Assembly: GCA_020630065.1 (NCBI GenBank)
Contig: JAHDCC010000012.1
Coordinates: 6,171 to 70,170 of the forward strand
Length of the DNA stretch: 64,000 nucleotides
From: Acidimicrobiales bacterium
GTDB taxonomy: Bacteria > Actinomycetota > Acidimicrobiia > Acidimicrobiales > SZUA-35
Reading direction: 5' to 3'
Below, in pieces: positions 9,183-19,636 of this stretch. The translations under genes were made by a program, and so were the position numbers. Position 1 is the first letter of the stretch, and each line of letters opens with the position of its first letter. A model generated the notes under the pieces. It ran no database searches and had not been told where the DNA came from. It worked only from the letters and a program-made list of their open reading frames with translations.

Positions 9183-10637
9183 TTACCTTTTAACCGGTAG
9201 AGGCGAGAGTTCCTCTAGGCCCGGTCCCTCTGGGTAGTCGGCGATTGAAAGCACCAGAGCGTCGCGAGCGGCACGAGTGTTTGGGTCGGCGGCGATAGCT
9301 GGCCCGTTTGCCACGAATACGAAGAGGATGGAATCTCCCCCATTTCGTTCAGGTTTGATGTAACCGGACAACGAAATAACACCGTTCAAGGTGCCGGTTT
9401 TGGCCCAAACGTTACCTTCTGCCGCGGTGCCGAGGTAGTTGGCTGCGAGACTGCCGCGTTCGCCGCCTATCGAGAAAGAGTCCACAAAGGCCGAATCTGC
9501 ACCGGCGGCTTGGAGCACACCCGACAAGGTCGAACAAGTCAGCCGGTTTTCTTCGGAAAGTCCCGAACCGTCGCGTACAGACAGTTGAGATTCACTATTG
9601 TCGATGCCGAACTCTTCTAAGGTGTCTTCGATTCCGGCGATTCCGTCCTGGGCGGTGCCGAATCCGGAGGCTTGGACACCGATTTGTTTCAACAGCAGTT
9701 CAGCCCCGATGTTTGAGCTAAAGCTGTTGACGTGAGTAATCGTGTCAGTGAGCGGAGGAGATTCGACCGCTGCTCTCACGACTGCTTCTTCTGGCGCGAT
9801 TCCGGTTCCAACATCGGATGTTTGGATGCCCCGCTCGGCGAGAAGTTGGTTGAAGATCGTCGCTGAGTGCAGTGCTGGGTCGTCGGTTGGTGAACGTTGG
9901 GCCGATGAGCCCGGGAACTTTTCTGGCCAGTCGACAAATCCTTCGTTTACGGTGAGTGCCGATAGCGGTCCTGATTGGTTACTGTCGATGAGTCTGGTGG
10001 CCCATGGGCCGGTTCGTTCTGAATCGAATAGTGACTCATCACCGATGATTGAGCCTTCGATCTCGGTGATCCCTAATTCGACGATTGCGTCGGCCAGATC
10101 TTCAAGCCTTGTTCGGGACCGTCCCTCGTTGCTGTCGTATTGTGTCCACCAGTTGTCGGTTGTGAGGAATGGGTCGCCGCTACCAACTAGATAGAGGTCG
10201 CCGGCGAGTCGTCCGTCTGTGACCTCTGCCTGACTCTTGACGGTCGTTCTAAATCGAAAATTTGGGCCGAGTCGATCTAGGGCCACGAAGGTCGTGATGA
10301 CTTTTTGGTTCGAAGCGGGTACAAACAGATCGTCTACGTTGTGTTGTCGTCCGATAACACGATTTCCGGCTCGTACCAGAACGCAGGAGTCGCCAGGGGT
10401 CTGTTGGATGGCCTCATTGATTCGTGGTTCTAGGGCTCGATCGGCAAATGGTGCCTGTATAGATCGGGGCATGCGTCGGGCCGACAACACCGGGGTTTCG
10501 ATATTCTCGACATAGATGACCGGTGTTTTGCTGACGGTGTCTGTGTCGGTTGTCAGCGCCGCCCACCAGCCGATGAGCGCTAGTGTGCCTAAAAGTAGTC
10601 CTGGGCCCCAGCGTTTGATGTGTGTTGCTGTCGACAT
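9183..10637 (-). CDS. dacB: D-alanyl-D-alanine carboxypeptidase/endopeptidase (PBP4, peptidase S13)
   Basis: It has an N-terminal signal/anchor, the SxxK motif PASNQKVITT, and KTGTL near the C-terminus. Confidence 0.85.
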   Translation of the reverse strand: MSTATHIKRWGPGLLLGTLALIGWWAALTTDTDTVSKTPVIYVENIETPVLSARRMPRSIQAPFADRALEPRINEAIQQTPGDSCVLVRAGNRVIGRQHNVDDLFVPASNQKVITTFVALDRLGPNFRFRTTVKSQAEVTDGRLAGDLYLVGSGDPFLTTDNWWTQYDSNEGRSRTRLEDLADAIVELGITEIEGSIIGDESLFDSERTGPWATRLIDSNQSGPLSALTVNEGFVDWPEKFPGSSAQRSPTDDPALHSATIFNQLLAERGIQTSDVGTGIAPEEAVVRAAVESPPLTDTITHVNSFSSNIGAELLLKQIGVQASGFGTAQDGIAGIEDTLEEFGIDNSESQLSVRDGSGLSEENRLTCSTLSGVLQAAGADSAFVDSFSIGGERGSLAANYLGTAAEGNVWAKTGTLNGVISLSGYIKPERNGGDSILFVFVANGPAIAADPNTRAARDALVLSIADYPEGPGLEELSPLPVKR

Positions 10638-10699
10638 TGGTTCTCACCCTAGCTGAGCTTGCATCTTGGTAGTAGTCAACCGGCTGCAATGATAGCTGG

Positions 10700-11188
10700 T
10701 TGATACGACGATCGCGGGTAGCGGCAGCTACGGTGTATGGCGTGAGTGAATCGAACCAAGCTGTTGCCGGAGCCGAGTATCTACCTTCGAGTGATATGCA
10801 GATCGTCGCGGCAGTGTTCGCTGAAAATATCGATCTTAAGCCGGCTCCGGGCCCATCGACCAAAATTGATTTGACGGACATCCAATTTTCGATGGCGGCA
10901 GAACAGGCTGTTCCGGCCAAACTTACCCCTCATTTAGTGATTCTGGTCTGGAATCCGCCGACTGGTAAGCCTATGGGGGCGCTTGAGGTTCAGTTCTTTC
11001 GGCAAGACTCCAGCGAGCAGATTGCCAGAAATGTACAGCCGTTGCAGATTGAGCCTGGCAAGTTCAATTACCGGCTTGTCCGTGCTGAGCTTGAGTTTAC
11101 CGAGTACGGGACAGTTGTCGCAGTGTGCCGTGTCGATGCGGGAGACGTTGTCGAGGTTCCGTTCACGCTTTTACCGCCAGCTGAGTGA
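10700..11188 (+). CDS. Hypothetical protein
   Basis: This long ORF has no recognisable motif. The start is uncertain and may be the internal MQIVAAVF. Confidence 0.4.
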   Translation: MIRRSRVAAATVYGVSESNQAVAGAEYLPSSDMQIVAAVFAENIDLKPAPGPSTKIDLTDIQFSMAAEQAVPAKLTPHLVILVWNPPTGKPMGALEVQFFRQDSSEQIARNVQPLQIEPGKFNYRLVRAELEFTEYGTVVAVCRVDAGDVVEVPFTLLPPAE

Positions 11189-11452
11189 CCTAAGACCTCG
11201 AGTATTGGCCAGCCACTGACTGGCCAGCCTTGTCATGAGGACGGCTCTTCTGGGTGTTATCCCTAGCAACAGTGATGTCGCTAGTAGTTCCGTGACGACT
11301 TACTCGCAAGTTGTTACCTACTCCAGATGGCGATCTTGATATTATATCTACTTGCCAGTCATCGTTTTTCGGCCATTTGGGGAGCATAGGGCCAATATAA
11401 TGTGACTGGATCAGCATTTTGTCATATACCCCAACAACAAAAGGTAATTTGA

Positions 11453-13426
11453 GTGGATACAAGTCAGATTGACCGCGAGGAACTAGGCGTTAACGTCATC
11501 CGCGCCCTAGGCATGGACGGTCCTCGCAAAGCAAACTCAGGCCATCAAGGCACTGCCATGGCGTTAGCCCCATTAGCGCACGTTCTATTTACTCGAATAA
11601 TGCGATACGACGCATCAAACCCAGAATGGCCAGACCGAGACCGGTTTGTACTTTCAGCAGGGCATGCATCGATCCTTCTTTACTCGATGCTGTACCTCAC
11701 CGGCTACGGACTCGAACTCGACGACCTAAAGGAGTTCCGTCAATGGAACTCGGCCACGCCAGGTCATCCAGAAGCCGAACACACAGATGGTGTTGAAGTA
11801 ACCACTGGTCCACTCGGTCAAGGAATCGCAAACTCGGTCGGCCTAGCTATGGCTGAAAGCCACCTGCGAGCCAAATTTGGTCCAGAACTCTGTGATCACT
11901 ACACCTATGTAATCGCCGGCGACGGAGACCTTTCTGAAGGTGTCAGCCACGAGGCTGCCTCTTTGGCTGGTCACCTCGGCCTTGGCCGACTGGTCGTTAT
12001 CTATGATGACAACCACATCTCTATCGATGGACCGACCGAGCTTTCACTGTCGGACGACGCCGAAGCCCGATTTGCCTCCTACGGATGGCACGTCGAAAAC
12101 ATTGGCGAAGTAGCCAACGACCTTGACGCCATCGAAGCGGCGATCAACCGAGCAAAAGATGTTTCCGATAAGCCATCTCTCGTTATTCTACGAACCCATA
12201 TCGGCTACCCGTCAGAGAAGTTCATGGACACTTCCAAGGCGCATGGTCTCGCATTTGACGACGAAGAAATAGCGGCGGTAAAAGAGACACTTGGCCTTCC
12301 AAACGAGCCTTTCTGGGTTCCTGACGAAGTCGTTGACATGTACCGCGAAGCTGGAGCCCGCGGAAAATCTGAAGTCGAAGCTTGGAATAAACGAGTCGAC
12401 TCCTTCGAAGGCGACAAAGAAGCTTGGAAACTAGCGCTTTCAGGAGACTACGGTTCCGACTGGCAAAATAAAGTCGAAGTCGTTGCCCCCGGCACAAAGA
12501 ACGCCACCCGCCAGACATCTCAGAAGTGTGTAACCGCGCTAGCGGCCGCCATTCCTGGGTTTATCGGTGGATCCGCTGACCTAACCGGCAGCAACGGCGC
12601 ATCGATTGGTGGCGACCCACTCAGCAAAGAGAACCCGGCTGGACGCCAAATCCACTTCGGTATTCGTGAGCACGGCATGGGTTCTGCCCTCGTCGGTATG
12701 GCAAAACACGGTGGCGTGCTTCCATTCGGTGGAACGTTCCTTGTGTTCGCCGACTACATGCGACCACCAGTTCGTATCGCAGCGATGTCGGAAGCAAAGT
12801 GTGTCTTTGTTTGGACCCACGATTCGGTCGGTGTCGGCGAAGATGGCCCAACTCACCAACCGGTCGAACATGTCATGAGCCTTCGAGCTATCCCAGGCCT
12901 GCAACTCATACGACCCGCTGACTTGAGCGAATCGATCGGAGCATGGCAAGCGGCTATCGACACCGACGGCCCGACAGCTTTGATCTTGTCACGCCAAGGT
13001 GTTCCCGAACTTGAAGGAACGTCAGTCGAGGGTGTACTTAACGGTGGTTACATCGTTCAAGATGCCTCCGATCCCGACATCGTTCTTATCGGAACCGGCA
13101 CTGAGCTACATCTATGCATTGAGGCCGCGGAAACACTCAAAGCTGACGGAATTTCAGCTCGAGTGGTTTCAATGCCTTGTTGGGAAAGGTTCGACGCTCT
13201 CGAATTTGCTGACCAAGAACTCGTACTTCCATCGAACGTTCCGGCGCTGTCGATCGAAGCTGGTGTAACACTCGGCTGGGAACGATACGCCGATGTCGCG
13301 ATCGGCATCGATCGATTCGGCATGTCGGCGCCAGGTGGCATGGTCATGGAAAATCTAGGAATCAACACCGACAATATTGTCGACACTACGAAACAGTTAC
13401 TCGACGTCATCAAAGAAGCGAGCTAG
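11453..13426 (+). CDS. tkt: Transketolase
   Basis: [44 protein letters not shown]. The start codon is GTG. Confidence 0.95.
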   Translation: MDTSQIDREELGVNVIRALGMDGPRKANSGHQGTAMALAPLAHVLFTRIMRYDASNPEWPDRDRFVLSAGHASILLYSMLYLTGYGLELDDLKEFRQWNSATPGHPEAEHTDGVEVTTGPLGQGIANSVGLAMAESHLRAKFGPELCDHYTYVIAGDGDLSEGVSHEAASLAGHLGLGRLVVIYDDNHISIDGPTELSLSDDAEARFASYGWHVENIGEVANDLDAIEAAINRAKDVSDKPSLVILRTHIGYPSEKFMDTSKAHGLAFDDEEIAAVKETLGLPNEPFWVPDEVVDMYREAGARGKSEVEAWNKRVDSFEGDKEAWKLALSGDYGSDWQNKVEVVAPGTKNATRQTSQKCVTALAAAIPGFIGGSADLTGSNGASIGGDPLSKENPAGRQIHFGIREHGMGSALVGMAKHGGVLPFGGTFLVFADYMRPPVRIAAMSEAKCVFVWTHDSVGVGEDGPTHQPVEHVMSLRAIPGLQLIRPADLSESIGAWQAAIDTDGPTALILSRQGVPELEGTSVEGVLNGGYIVQDASDPDIVLIGTGTELHLCIEAAETLKADGISARVVSMPCWERFDALEFADQELVLPSNVPALSIEAGVTLGWERYADVAIGIDRFGMSAPGGMVMENLGINTDNIVDTTKQLLDVIKEAS

Positions 13427-13436
13427 GAGAACAAAC

Positions 13437-14369
13437 ATGGACAAGCTCAAACAGTTAAGTGAAATGACAGTCGTAGTGGCTGATACAGGTGACTTGGCGG
13501 CCATCAAAGAATACATGCCGCAAGACGCGACAACGAACCCGTCGTTACTACTCAAAGTTGCACAAGATCCGAATTATGCCCATTACCTCGATGAGGCGTT
13601 GAAGGCAGCCAACGGCGACGTTGAAGATGCCGTTGACCGGTTCGGTGTGCACATCGGGCTCGAAATTCTGAAGATCATTCCTGGTCGTGTATCAACTGAA
13701 GTTGACGCCCGCCTATCGTTCGACAAAGAAGCCACAATCGCAAAAGCCCATAAGATCATCGGGCTGTACGAAGAGGCTGGCGTCGATAAGGATCGGGTAC
13801 TCATCAAGGTTTCTTCAACTTGGGAAGGGATTCAGGCAGCAGCAGAGCTAGAAAAAGAGGGCATCAAGTGTAACCTCACGCTGCTATTTGGATTCGCTCA
13901 AGCAGTCGCTTGTGCGGAGGCAAACGTATTCTTGATTTCGCCATTCGTGGGCAGAATCCTAGATTGGTTCAAAGCCAACGGCGGGCAAGCGGAATACACC
14001 GCTAGCGAAGACCCAGGCGTGCTGTCAGTAACCAAAATCTACAACTACTACAAGCAGCACGGCTACAAAACCATCGTTATGGGCGCTAGCTTCAGAAACG
14101 TCGGTGAAGTCGAGGCATTGGCGGGTTGTGACTACCTCACAATCGGACCTAAATATCTCGAAGAGCTCCGACAAGACAGTAGTGAACTAACTCGACAGCT
14201 GAGCGCCGACAATACCGGCGATGCTCAAGAGAAAGTCACGATGGACGAGAATCAATTCCGTTGGCTCATGAACGAAGACGCGATGGCAAGCGACAAACTC
14301 GCTGAAGGCATCCGTGGTTTCGCAGTAGCACAAGAGACCCTTATCGAGCTAGTAACAGCCCGAGCATAG
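13437..14369 (+). CDS. tal: Transaldolase (TalB type)
   Basis: [19 protein letters not shown]...[11 protein letters not shown]...[17 protein letters not shown] lies 6 nt upstream of the ATG at 13437. The ORF-track start at 13377 would overlap tkt. Confidence 0.95.
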   Translation: MDKLKQLSEMTVVVADTGDLAAIKEYMPQDATTNPSLLLKVAQDPNYAHYLDEALKAANGDVEDAVDRFGVHIGLEILKIIPGRVSTEVDARLSFDKEATIAKAHKIIGLYEEAGVDKDRVLIKVSSTWEGIQAAAELEKEGIKCNLTLLFGFAQAVACAEANVFLISPFVGRILDWFKANGGQAEYTASEDPGVLSVTKIYNYYKQHGYKTIVMGASFRNVGEVEALAGCDYLTIGPKYLEELRQDSSELTRQLSADNTGDAQEKVTMDENQFRWLMNEDAMASDKLAEGIRGFAVAQETLIELVTARA

Positions 14370-14399
14370 TTTCTTAGCTCACTGAGCAGTCAAAGTTAA

Positions 14400-14428
14400 G
14401 AGCCTAGGCAGCCCGGCTGCCTAGGCTC
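14400..14428 (+). terminator. Stem-loop immediately downstream of tal (candidate terminator)
   Basis: GAGCCTAGGCAGC-CCG-GCTGCCTAGGCTC forms a perfect stem of about 13 bp, 31 nt after the tal stop. The trailing T-tract is weak (CTTGTC). Confidence 0.55.
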
Positions 14429-14539
14429 TTGTCATGTCTGACCGTGTTCTGGCTGAACGAGGTCCACTTCGGTTTAATCGAACCGTTCGGTGAACCAACC
14501 AGTGGGTTTACAAAATAAACCTTCTGCTAGGGTTGGGGT

Positions 14540-15013
14540 ATGAATCCAAAGTCGAAGACGACGGCGATCACCGGCGACCCATCTAGTGCGTGCTCGATTG
14601 AGGCGACCCTTGACGTGATCGGAGATCGGTGGTCGTTACTGGTTTTACGATCTGTGTTTCGAGGAAACCACCAGTTCAGCACTCTTCAAACAGAGCTGGG
14701 CATCGCCCGCAATCTGCTGTCGAGTAGACTCGCTCGCCTCGTTGAGAACGAAGTCTTAACCAAGGTTGAGTATCAGCGACGACCCAAACGATACGAATAC
14801 CGGCTGACCGGTAAAGGAGCCGACCTCTCCCAAGCATTGATTGCTCTAATGAACTGGGGAGACCGATGGTACGCATCAGGCAAAGCTCCAACCATCTTGA
14901 CACACCGCTCGTGCGATGCAGCACTTGAACAAGTAGTCGTTTGTACTGCATGTGGAACAGACGTAGGCCCAACAGCGATTTCTAGCCGACCAGGCCCCGG
15001 ACGGAGAACCTGA
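14540..15013 (+). CDS. HxlR-family winged-helix transcriptional regulator
   Basis: CSIEATLDVIGDRWSLLVLRSVF...FSTLQTELGIARNLLSSRLARLVENEVL...YRLTGKG. The stop overlaps the fbiC ATG (TGATG). Confidence 0.85.
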   Translation: MNPKSKTTAITGDPSSACSIEATLDVIGDRWSLLVLRSVFRGNHQFSTLQTELGIARNLLSSRLARLVENEVLTKVEYQRRPKRYEYRLTGKGADLSQALIALMNWGDRWYASGKAPTILTHRSCDAALEQVVVCTACGTDVGPTAISSRPGPGRRT

Positions 15014-17370
15014 TGAAACAATGCATCACGACATTACCAACACCACAAATAGGCGAGTTAGAAACCGCTGAACTACGACAACTAGCACGTGAGCGGCGGG
15101 AAACCCTATTCGGAACACGTATCTCCTACTCCCCCAAAGTGTTCCTTCCATTAACTACCTTGTGTCGAGATCAATGCAAATACTGCACATTCGCTCAACC
15201 CCCGGGCAAGGTCGAATCCCTTTTTTTGAGCCCAGATGATGTGCTGGACATCGCTAAGAAAGGTACTCAAGCGGGATGCCACGAAGCGCTCTTTACATTG
15301 GGAGAACGTCCTGAGTTGAGGTATCCGGCTGCTGCCGATTGGTTAAACGACCACGGTTATTCCTCAACAGTCGATTACTTAGTCGCCATGTGCGAACTAG
15401 TTCGTTCCGAAACAGGCCTGCTACCACACGCCAACCCGGGTGCCATGACCAGCGATGAGCTCGCCCAGCTCCGGACGGTTGCAGCGAGCCAAGGGATGAT
15501 GGTCGAAAGCCTACGGGCTGACCTCGACTGTCACAGTCAAGCACCAGACAAAGAACCGGCACGGCGTCTTGAAACACTTCACGCCGCAGGACGGCTCTCG
15601 ATCGTATACACCACCGGCATCCTCGTCGGGATCGGCGAAAACGAACCTGACCGGATTGAAGCCCTACGCGAGATCGCATCGATCGCAAAGAAATACGGCC
15701 ACATACAAGAAGTCATCGTGCAGAACTTTCGCCCAAAACCAGGGACGGCGATGTGGAAGTCGCCGGCCGCCGATGACGAGGACTTCTACCGGGCAATCGC
15801 TCTAGCCCGACTCATTCTTCCCTCAGACGTTCATGTGCAGGCACCACCGAACCTAAGCGACGACATCACGCCGCTTCTGGAATCAGGCATTGACGATCTT
15901 GGTGGAATCTCTCCAGTTACCCTAGACCACGTTAACCCTGAACGGCCGTGGCCAGAAATTGGCCAACTCGATTCAACATTAGCTGCATCCGGCTATCAGC
16001 TTGTACCGCGTCTGACCATCTATCCGGAATTCGCCAAAGATCCAGAAACCTGGATCGACCCAAATCTTAGGTTCAATGTCCTCGACCATAGCGATTCGGA
16101 GTATTTGGCGAGAGATGACGTAGGGCCGTTTGTACCTCATCGCTCTAGGCCAACAGTCGAACCCGACGATGGCGCTGAGGTTACGTTGCAGTCCAAACCA
16201 AAGTCAACATGGTATTCCGGGGTTGCCGGTACTCCCCGACGGTTGATAACGGACTCCGAACCTTACTTGTCTGCTCCTATCGCCGAGATTCTGACCGCCG
16301 TTGAGTCGGGGTTGTCCCCTGGATTTGATGAACTTCTTAGAATGTTTAAAGCCCGTGGAGATGAGATTACCCACATAGCTCGATCCGCTGACCGTTTGCG
16401 GCGCCAAGTGTCCGGTGACGACATTACGTACGTGAAGAACCGAAATATCAACTACACAAACGTCTGCACATTCAAGTGCCGGTTCTGTGGGTTTTCAAAA
16501 GGGCCGCTCAGCTTAAACCTTCGAGGCGCTCCGTATCTTCTGTCGATGAACGAAATTCAGCAACGGGTAGCCGAAGCCGCAGAAGCTGGCGCGACCGAGG
16601 TATGCCTTCAAGGCGGGATACACCCCGACTTTGACGGCGACTACTACATTGACGTCTGTCGAGCGGTTCATGATGCCGCCCCAGCTATTCACATTCACGG
16701 TTTCACTGCTCTTGAAGTTACCGAGGGAGCACGCCGATCGGCGGTATCGCTAAGAGACTACCTCACGGAACTCAAGTCAGTCGGATTACGGTCACTGCCG
16801 GGAACAGCGGCAGAAATCCTTGACGACAAGGTACGCGAAGTATTGTGCCCGGACAAGATCTCAACCGAGGAATGGCTCGAGGCTCATCGGGTCGCTCACC
16901 GTGTCGGCCTCCGTTCGAACATAACCATGATGTTCGGGTCGGTCGAAGAACCAGAGTCGTGGGTCCGTCATCTGCTCGTCACCCGAAAACTACAGCAGGA
17001 AACAGGTGGGTTTACCGAATTTGTAGGTCTCCCGTTCGTTCACATGGCTTCACCTATTTATCTTCAACGCAAGGCCCGAAGAGGACCGACCTTTCGCGAA
17101 ACCCTACTCGTTCACGCTGTCGCTCGACTTGCCTACCACGGCGTCGTTGACAACATCCAAGCCAGTTGGGTCAAGATTGGATTTGACGGTGTCGCCCAAC
17201 TTCTCCAGTCGGGGTGCAACGATATTGGTGGCACACTCACCAATGAGAATATTTCCCGAGCTGCTGGGGCAAAACACGGCCAGTCGGCGTCGTTGGACGA
17301 CTTTGCCAGACTAACTGAGCCTTTAGCTAGGCCGCTCAAACAGCGAACTACCGTGTACGGCAGGTTGTGA
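15013..17370 (+). CDS. fbiC: Bifunctional FO synthase (CofG+CofH fusion), F420 chromophore biosynthesis
   Basis: It has two radical-SAM CxxxCxxC motifs (CRDQCKYCTF and CTFKCRFCGF) in a 785-aa protein, which is the FbiC architecture. Confidence 0.95.
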   Translation: MKQCITTLPTPQIGELETAELRQLARERRETLFGTRISYSPKVFLPLTTLCRDQCKYCTFAQPPGKVESLFLSPDDVLDIAKKGTQAGCHEALFTLGERPELRYPAAADWLNDHGYSSTVDYLVAMCELVRSETGLLPHANPGAMTSDELAQLRTVAASQGMMVESLRADLDCHSQAPDKEPARRLETLHAAGRLSIVYTTGILVGIGENEPDRIEALREIASIAKKYGHIQEVIVQNFRPKPGTAMWKSPAADDEDFYRAIALARLILPSDVHVQAPPNLSDDITPLLESGIDDLGGISPVTLDHVNPERPWPEIGQLDSTLAASGYQLVPRLTIYPEFAKDPETWIDPNLRFNVLDHSDSEYLARDDVGPFVPHRSRPTVEPDDGAEVTLQSKPKSTWYSGVAGTPRRLITDSEPYLSAPIAEILTAVESGLSPGFDELLRMFKARGDEITHIARSADRLRRQVSGDDITYVKNRNINYTNVCTFKCRFCGFSKGPLSLNLRGAPYLLSMNEIQQRVAEAAEAGATEVCLQGGIHPDFDGDYYIDVCRAVHDAAPAIHIHGFTALEVTEGARRSAVSLRDYLTELKSVGLRSLPGTAAEILDDKVREVLCPDKISTEEWLEAHRVAHRVGLRSNITMMFGSVEEPESWVRHLLVTRKLQQETGGFTEFVGLPFVHMASPIYLQRKARRGPTFRETLLVHAVARLAYHGVVDNIQASWVKIGFDGVAQLLQSGCNDIGGTLTNENISRAAGAKHGQSASLDDFARLTEPLARPLKQRTTVYGRL

Positions 17371-17501
17371 CACTAGATTTGACCTAAATTTTTTCGCTCT
17401 TTTTACCCGGTCCTATGTCGATTGAGCAATACTCGTTCGTAGTAGGTATGTCAGTATCGTACTGGCGACGCAATAGCGTCTAACCAAGAAGGACAATACT
17501 C

Positions 17502-17807
17502 ATGTCAAAGGTTTCTGTATTCGGAAAGTTCAATTGCGCTGAAGGCAAAGAAGAAGAGATGCAAGTTGCGCTCACGACCATGGTGGAAGCCAGCAAAGAC
17601 ATCGACGGCGTTGAATCGTATTCCTATCACAAAGATGACAGCGGCACCTACTGGTTTTTCGGCATCATGCGCGATTCAGAGTCAGCTCAACAACACGGCC
17701 AAAGCGAATCTATGAAAGAGGCAATGGCTTCTTTCATGCCACTTCTTGCCGGTCCTCCTGAGATGGGGATGGCCTCCACGGTCGCTTCATATGGCCTTGA
17801 CCTTTAG
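17502..17807 (+). CDS. Antibiotic-biosynthesis-monooxygenase (ABM) domain protein
   Basis: It is about 100 aa with a ferredoxin-like ABM pattern (VSVFGKF...EEMQVAL...ESYSYHKDDSGTYWFFGIM). Confidence 0.65.
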   Translation: MSKVSVFGKFNCAEGKEEEMQVALTTMVEASKDIDGVESYSYHKDDSGTYWFFGIMRDSESAQQHGQSESMKEAMASFMPLLAGPPEMGMASTVASYGLDL

Positions 17808-17810
17808 ACG

Positions 17811-18173
17811 ATGCCTAAATATCTGTTAGCTACGTTTCAGGACGAAGTCAGAAGCCCGATGCCACAGGGTGAAGATGTCGCCAAAATCTACAACCAAGTT
17901 GCTGCCCTTCAAGAATCTATGGTCGAGGCGGGTGTATGGGTGTTTTCTGGTGCGTTGACGGCTGCGGATTCTGCCACCGTTGTGGTGGCAGAAAACGACG
18001 CCATGTCGATGACCGATGGACCCTATGCCGAAGCCAAAGAGCAAATCGGTGGGTTCAGCGTCATCGAAGTCGATCACCTCGACGAAGCACTGGAATGGGC
18101 GCGACGTGGCTCGACAGCATGTGGAGGCTGGCCGATTGAGGTCCGACCGTTTATGGATGGACCCCCATCGTAA
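17811..18173 (+). CDS. YCII-related (DGPF) domain protein
   Basis: MPKYLL...TDGPYAEAKEQIGGFSVIEVDHLDEALEWARR is the classical YCII/DGPF signature. Confidence 0.8.
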   Translation: MPKYLLATFQDEVRSPMPQGEDVAKIYNQVAALQESMVEAGVWVFSGALTAADSATVVVAENDAMSMTDGPYAEAKEQIGGFSVIEVDHLDEALEWARRGSTACGGWPIEVRPFMDGPPS

Positions 18174-18202
18174 AACCTGGGAAACAGCCGTACAACGACG
18201 AG

Positions 18203-19429
18203 TTGTTTGCCGATATCTATCGACGTGAAGTAGGTCGGTGCACTGCCACTTTAGTCCGTGTTCTTGGAGACATCGATGCGGCTGAAGAGGCAGTTGCCGA
18301 CGCGTTTGCTGCGGCTGCTGAACGTTGGAACGCTAACGGCATCCCGCAAAATCCTGGAGGTTGGATAACAACCACATCCCGTAACAAGGCGATCGACCGT
18401 TACCGGAGAGATTCAAATCGACGCCAGCAGCAGCGAAATGCTTCTTATCTGGAGAAAGGAGAACCCACGATGGCTCCCGAGCTAGGCAATCTTGACGTGG
18501 TAGAAGATGACCAACTTCGCTTGATGTTTCTTTGCTGCCATCCCGCTCTTAGCCCTGATGCACAAGTCGCGTTGACGCTTCGTCTGCTGGGCGGGTTGCA
18601 GACAACCGAAATCGCTCGGGCGTTTCTGCTGCCAGAGTCGACGTTAGCCCAACGGCTAGTGCGAGCAAAACGCAAAATCCGTGATACACACATGTCGCAT
18701 AGGTTGCCGACTCCACATGACTTGCCTGCTCGGCTCCCCTCTGTTCTCGGCGCTATCTACCTCATTTTCAACGAAGGCTATACGGCTAGTGAAGGGGAAG
18801 ACCTCGCTCGGCCTGCATTAGCTCAAGAAGCGATCAGATTAGGTCGTCTTTTGGCAAGATTCCTCCCCAACGTTCCTGAAACTTCCGGATTATTGGCGTT
18901 GATGTTATTAACCGAAGCACGGCGTCTGGCAAGGACAGACCGAGACGGCCAACTGGTCCGGTTGGCGGATCAAGACCGTTCAAGCTGGGACCAGGCTCTT
19001 ATTGCGGAAGGGCATGGTATTGTGCGCCGTTGCCTACAGCTACGCGAACCAGGCGTATATCAGATCCAGGCTGCGATCGCCGCCGTGCACACCGATGCGC
19101 TGGTAGCCGCCGACACCGACTGGCCTCAAATCTTGGCCCTATACAACCAGCTTCTAATTTTCCGGCCACACGACATTGTGAAACTCAACAGAGCCATCGT
19201 GGTTGCCGAGATCGAGGGACCAAAGGCAGGTCTGGAAGCGATAGATTCCTTACAACTCGATCGGTACTATCTATTTCATGCCACGAGGGCAGAATTCTTG
19301 GTGGCGCTGGGTGACCAAAACGCAGCATTAACATCGATGCGCCGCGCCATCGAGTTAACTAAAAACCAGTCGGAACGCCTGCACCTACAGAGAAGACATG
19401 CTGCGGTCTCAAAGCAACTTTCCCAATGA
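18203..19429 (+). CDS. ECF-like RNA polymerase sigma factor with a long C-terminal (DUF6596/TPR-like) extension
   Basis: Region 2 is AEEAVADAF...WITTTSRNKAIDRYRR. Region 4 is ALTLRLLGGLQTTEIARAFLLPESTLAQRLVRAKRKI. It is about 400 aa and follows a YCII gene, which is the typical pairing. The start is TTG and uncertain. Confidence 0.8.
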   Translation: MFADIYRREVGRCTATLVRVLGDIDAAEEAVADAFAAAAERWNANGIPQNPGGWITTTSRNKAIDRYRRDSNRRQQQRNASYLEKGEPTMAPELGNLDVVEDDQLRLMFLCCHPALSPDAQVALTLRLLGGLQTTEIARAFLLPESTLAQRLVRAKRKIRDTHMSHRLPTPHDLPARLPSVLGAIYLIFNEGYTASEGEDLARPALAQEAIRLGRLLARFLPNVPETSGLLALMLLTEARRLARTDRDGQLVRLADQDRSSWDQALIAEGHGIVRRCLQLREPGVYQIQAAIAAVHTDALVAADTDWPQILALYNQLLIFRPHDIVKLNRAIVVAEIEGPKAGLEAIDSLQLDRYYLFHATRAEFLVALGDQNAALTSMRRAIELTKNQSERLHLQRRHAAVSKQLSQ

Positions 19430-19636
19430 GAACTTATACTGATAGTTCGCCGGCAAACCACTCAGGATCTTCGACCTGCAGCACGACGGATCCGAACTGG
19501 TGATCTATCAGATCGACTTGTAGCTATCCCTCGGCGTCTTCAAGTTGGTGAGAATCGTTGCCGTTCTATTGTATTGCATCATAGAGTGCGAGTAAGCAAC
19601 ACTTCAATCTACATTCCTACCACGCAGAGGACGTTA

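Noticed and set aside
10414-10920. A 168-aa minus-strand ORF spans the dacB start and the next gene.
   Set aside because: It overlaps two better-supported ORFs and the intergenic region, has no motif, and its composition is typical of off-frame translation.
13377-13436. An upstream start for transaldolase is listed at 13377.
   Set aside because: It would overlap tkt by 50 nt. The ATG at 13437 has an AGGAGA ribosome-binding site and matches the usual Tal N-terminus.
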